A stretch of 64,000 bases of DNA from Camelus ferus (lineage: Eukaryota). The notes beneath the pieces were generated by a model that saw only the letters and a list, made by a program, of their open reading frames with translations, did not search any database and was not told the origin of the DNA. The position numbers were made by a program, and so were the translations under genes. Below, piece by piece: positions 63,483 to 64,000 of the stretch. How positions within the stretch are numbered: the first letter of the stretch is position 1; the number at the start of each line of letters is the position of its first letter. The stretch is from assembly GCF_009834535.1 (NCBI RefSeq), contig NC_045696.1:99574001-99638000 (forward strand), read 5' to 3'.

Positions 63483-63852
63483 TGACAGATCCTGACCAAA
63501 CCTCTGAGCCATTCGCTGGACTGGCCCTTGACAAATGGACTTCCAGGTCAGGCTTTGCATTGCCCAAGAATCCTGCTAAGTAGGTTTAGACAGAATCCTC
63601 CAATCTGATCACTCTTGCCTGCCTTCAGCAAGAATTCTGTTGAGTTAGGTTAGCAAGAATCCCCACACCTGATGTCTCCCTTTCATAATTTTCTGTCCAC
63701 AGCCCTCCACCCAACCTGCATCTTGGCAATAAACCCCGGCTTGTCCCTGCTGTATTTGGAGGTATTTCTCCTCTCCCTTCCTGCAAAGTCCCCCTTGAAT
63801 AAAGTCTTCCTTAACATCTTTAACAAGTGCCAGAATAATCTTCTCCTTACTA
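63483..63852 (+). mobile_element. MER31-like ERV1 solo LTR
   Basis: Starts tgacaga...tgaccaaac and has repeated caagaatcctgctaag / agcaagaatccccacacc. It ends ttgaataaagtcttccttaacatctttaacaagtgccagaataat (AATAAA 63798-63803). Confidence 0.85.
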
Positions 63853-64000
63853 GTACAGAAGAAAAGGTAGGTGCCAAGGATGAAAGGACAGTTTCCCTGA
63901 TAGAGAGCACTACCATTGTCAAAGGACTGAAAGAAAATTAAAGTATTTCCATCCTGTTGGACACTTAATGTGTTTTGTGTTTGCCCTTTATTCGGTAATT

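Noticed and set aside
1..64000. A novel multi-gene system, operon or CRISPR-like array
   Set aside because: The sequence is repeat-rich mammalian DNA. I found no regularly spaced repeat-spacer array and no gene-dense region, and all recognisable ORFs are transposon remnants.

Overview
This is AT-rich mammalian nuclear DNA, most likely camelid (alpaca/llama/camel). The evidence is a tRNA-derived Vic-1-type SINE at ~38.2-38.4 kb and several artiodactyl/camelid-type L1 3' ends. I recognise no host protein-coding gene, rRNA, tRNA, CRISPR array or prokaryote-like system; the window reads as intergenic or deep-intronic sequence. It is dominated by interspersed repeats: old L1M, L2, MIR, MLT1/MLT2, ERVL, ERV1-type LTRs and MER58, plus younger lineage L1 fragments with target-site duplications (TSDs). 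The only ORFs with recognisable homology are remnants of L1 ORF2 and ERVL pol. The best-supported curiosities are a 36-nt tailless U2 snRNA retrocopy between perfect 14-bp repeats, an L1 whose normal 3' UTR is replaced by ~280 bp of other sequence inside one 15-bp TSD, and a clean twin-primed 5'-inverted L1. There are also a few candidate enhancers in unique sequence, notably a symmetric CTG-N7-GATA/ETS/E-box cluster and a duplicated AP-1 site. I found no convincing undescribed biological system. Repeat family names come from recalled consensus sequences, not a database search, and boundaries of old repeats are approximate.
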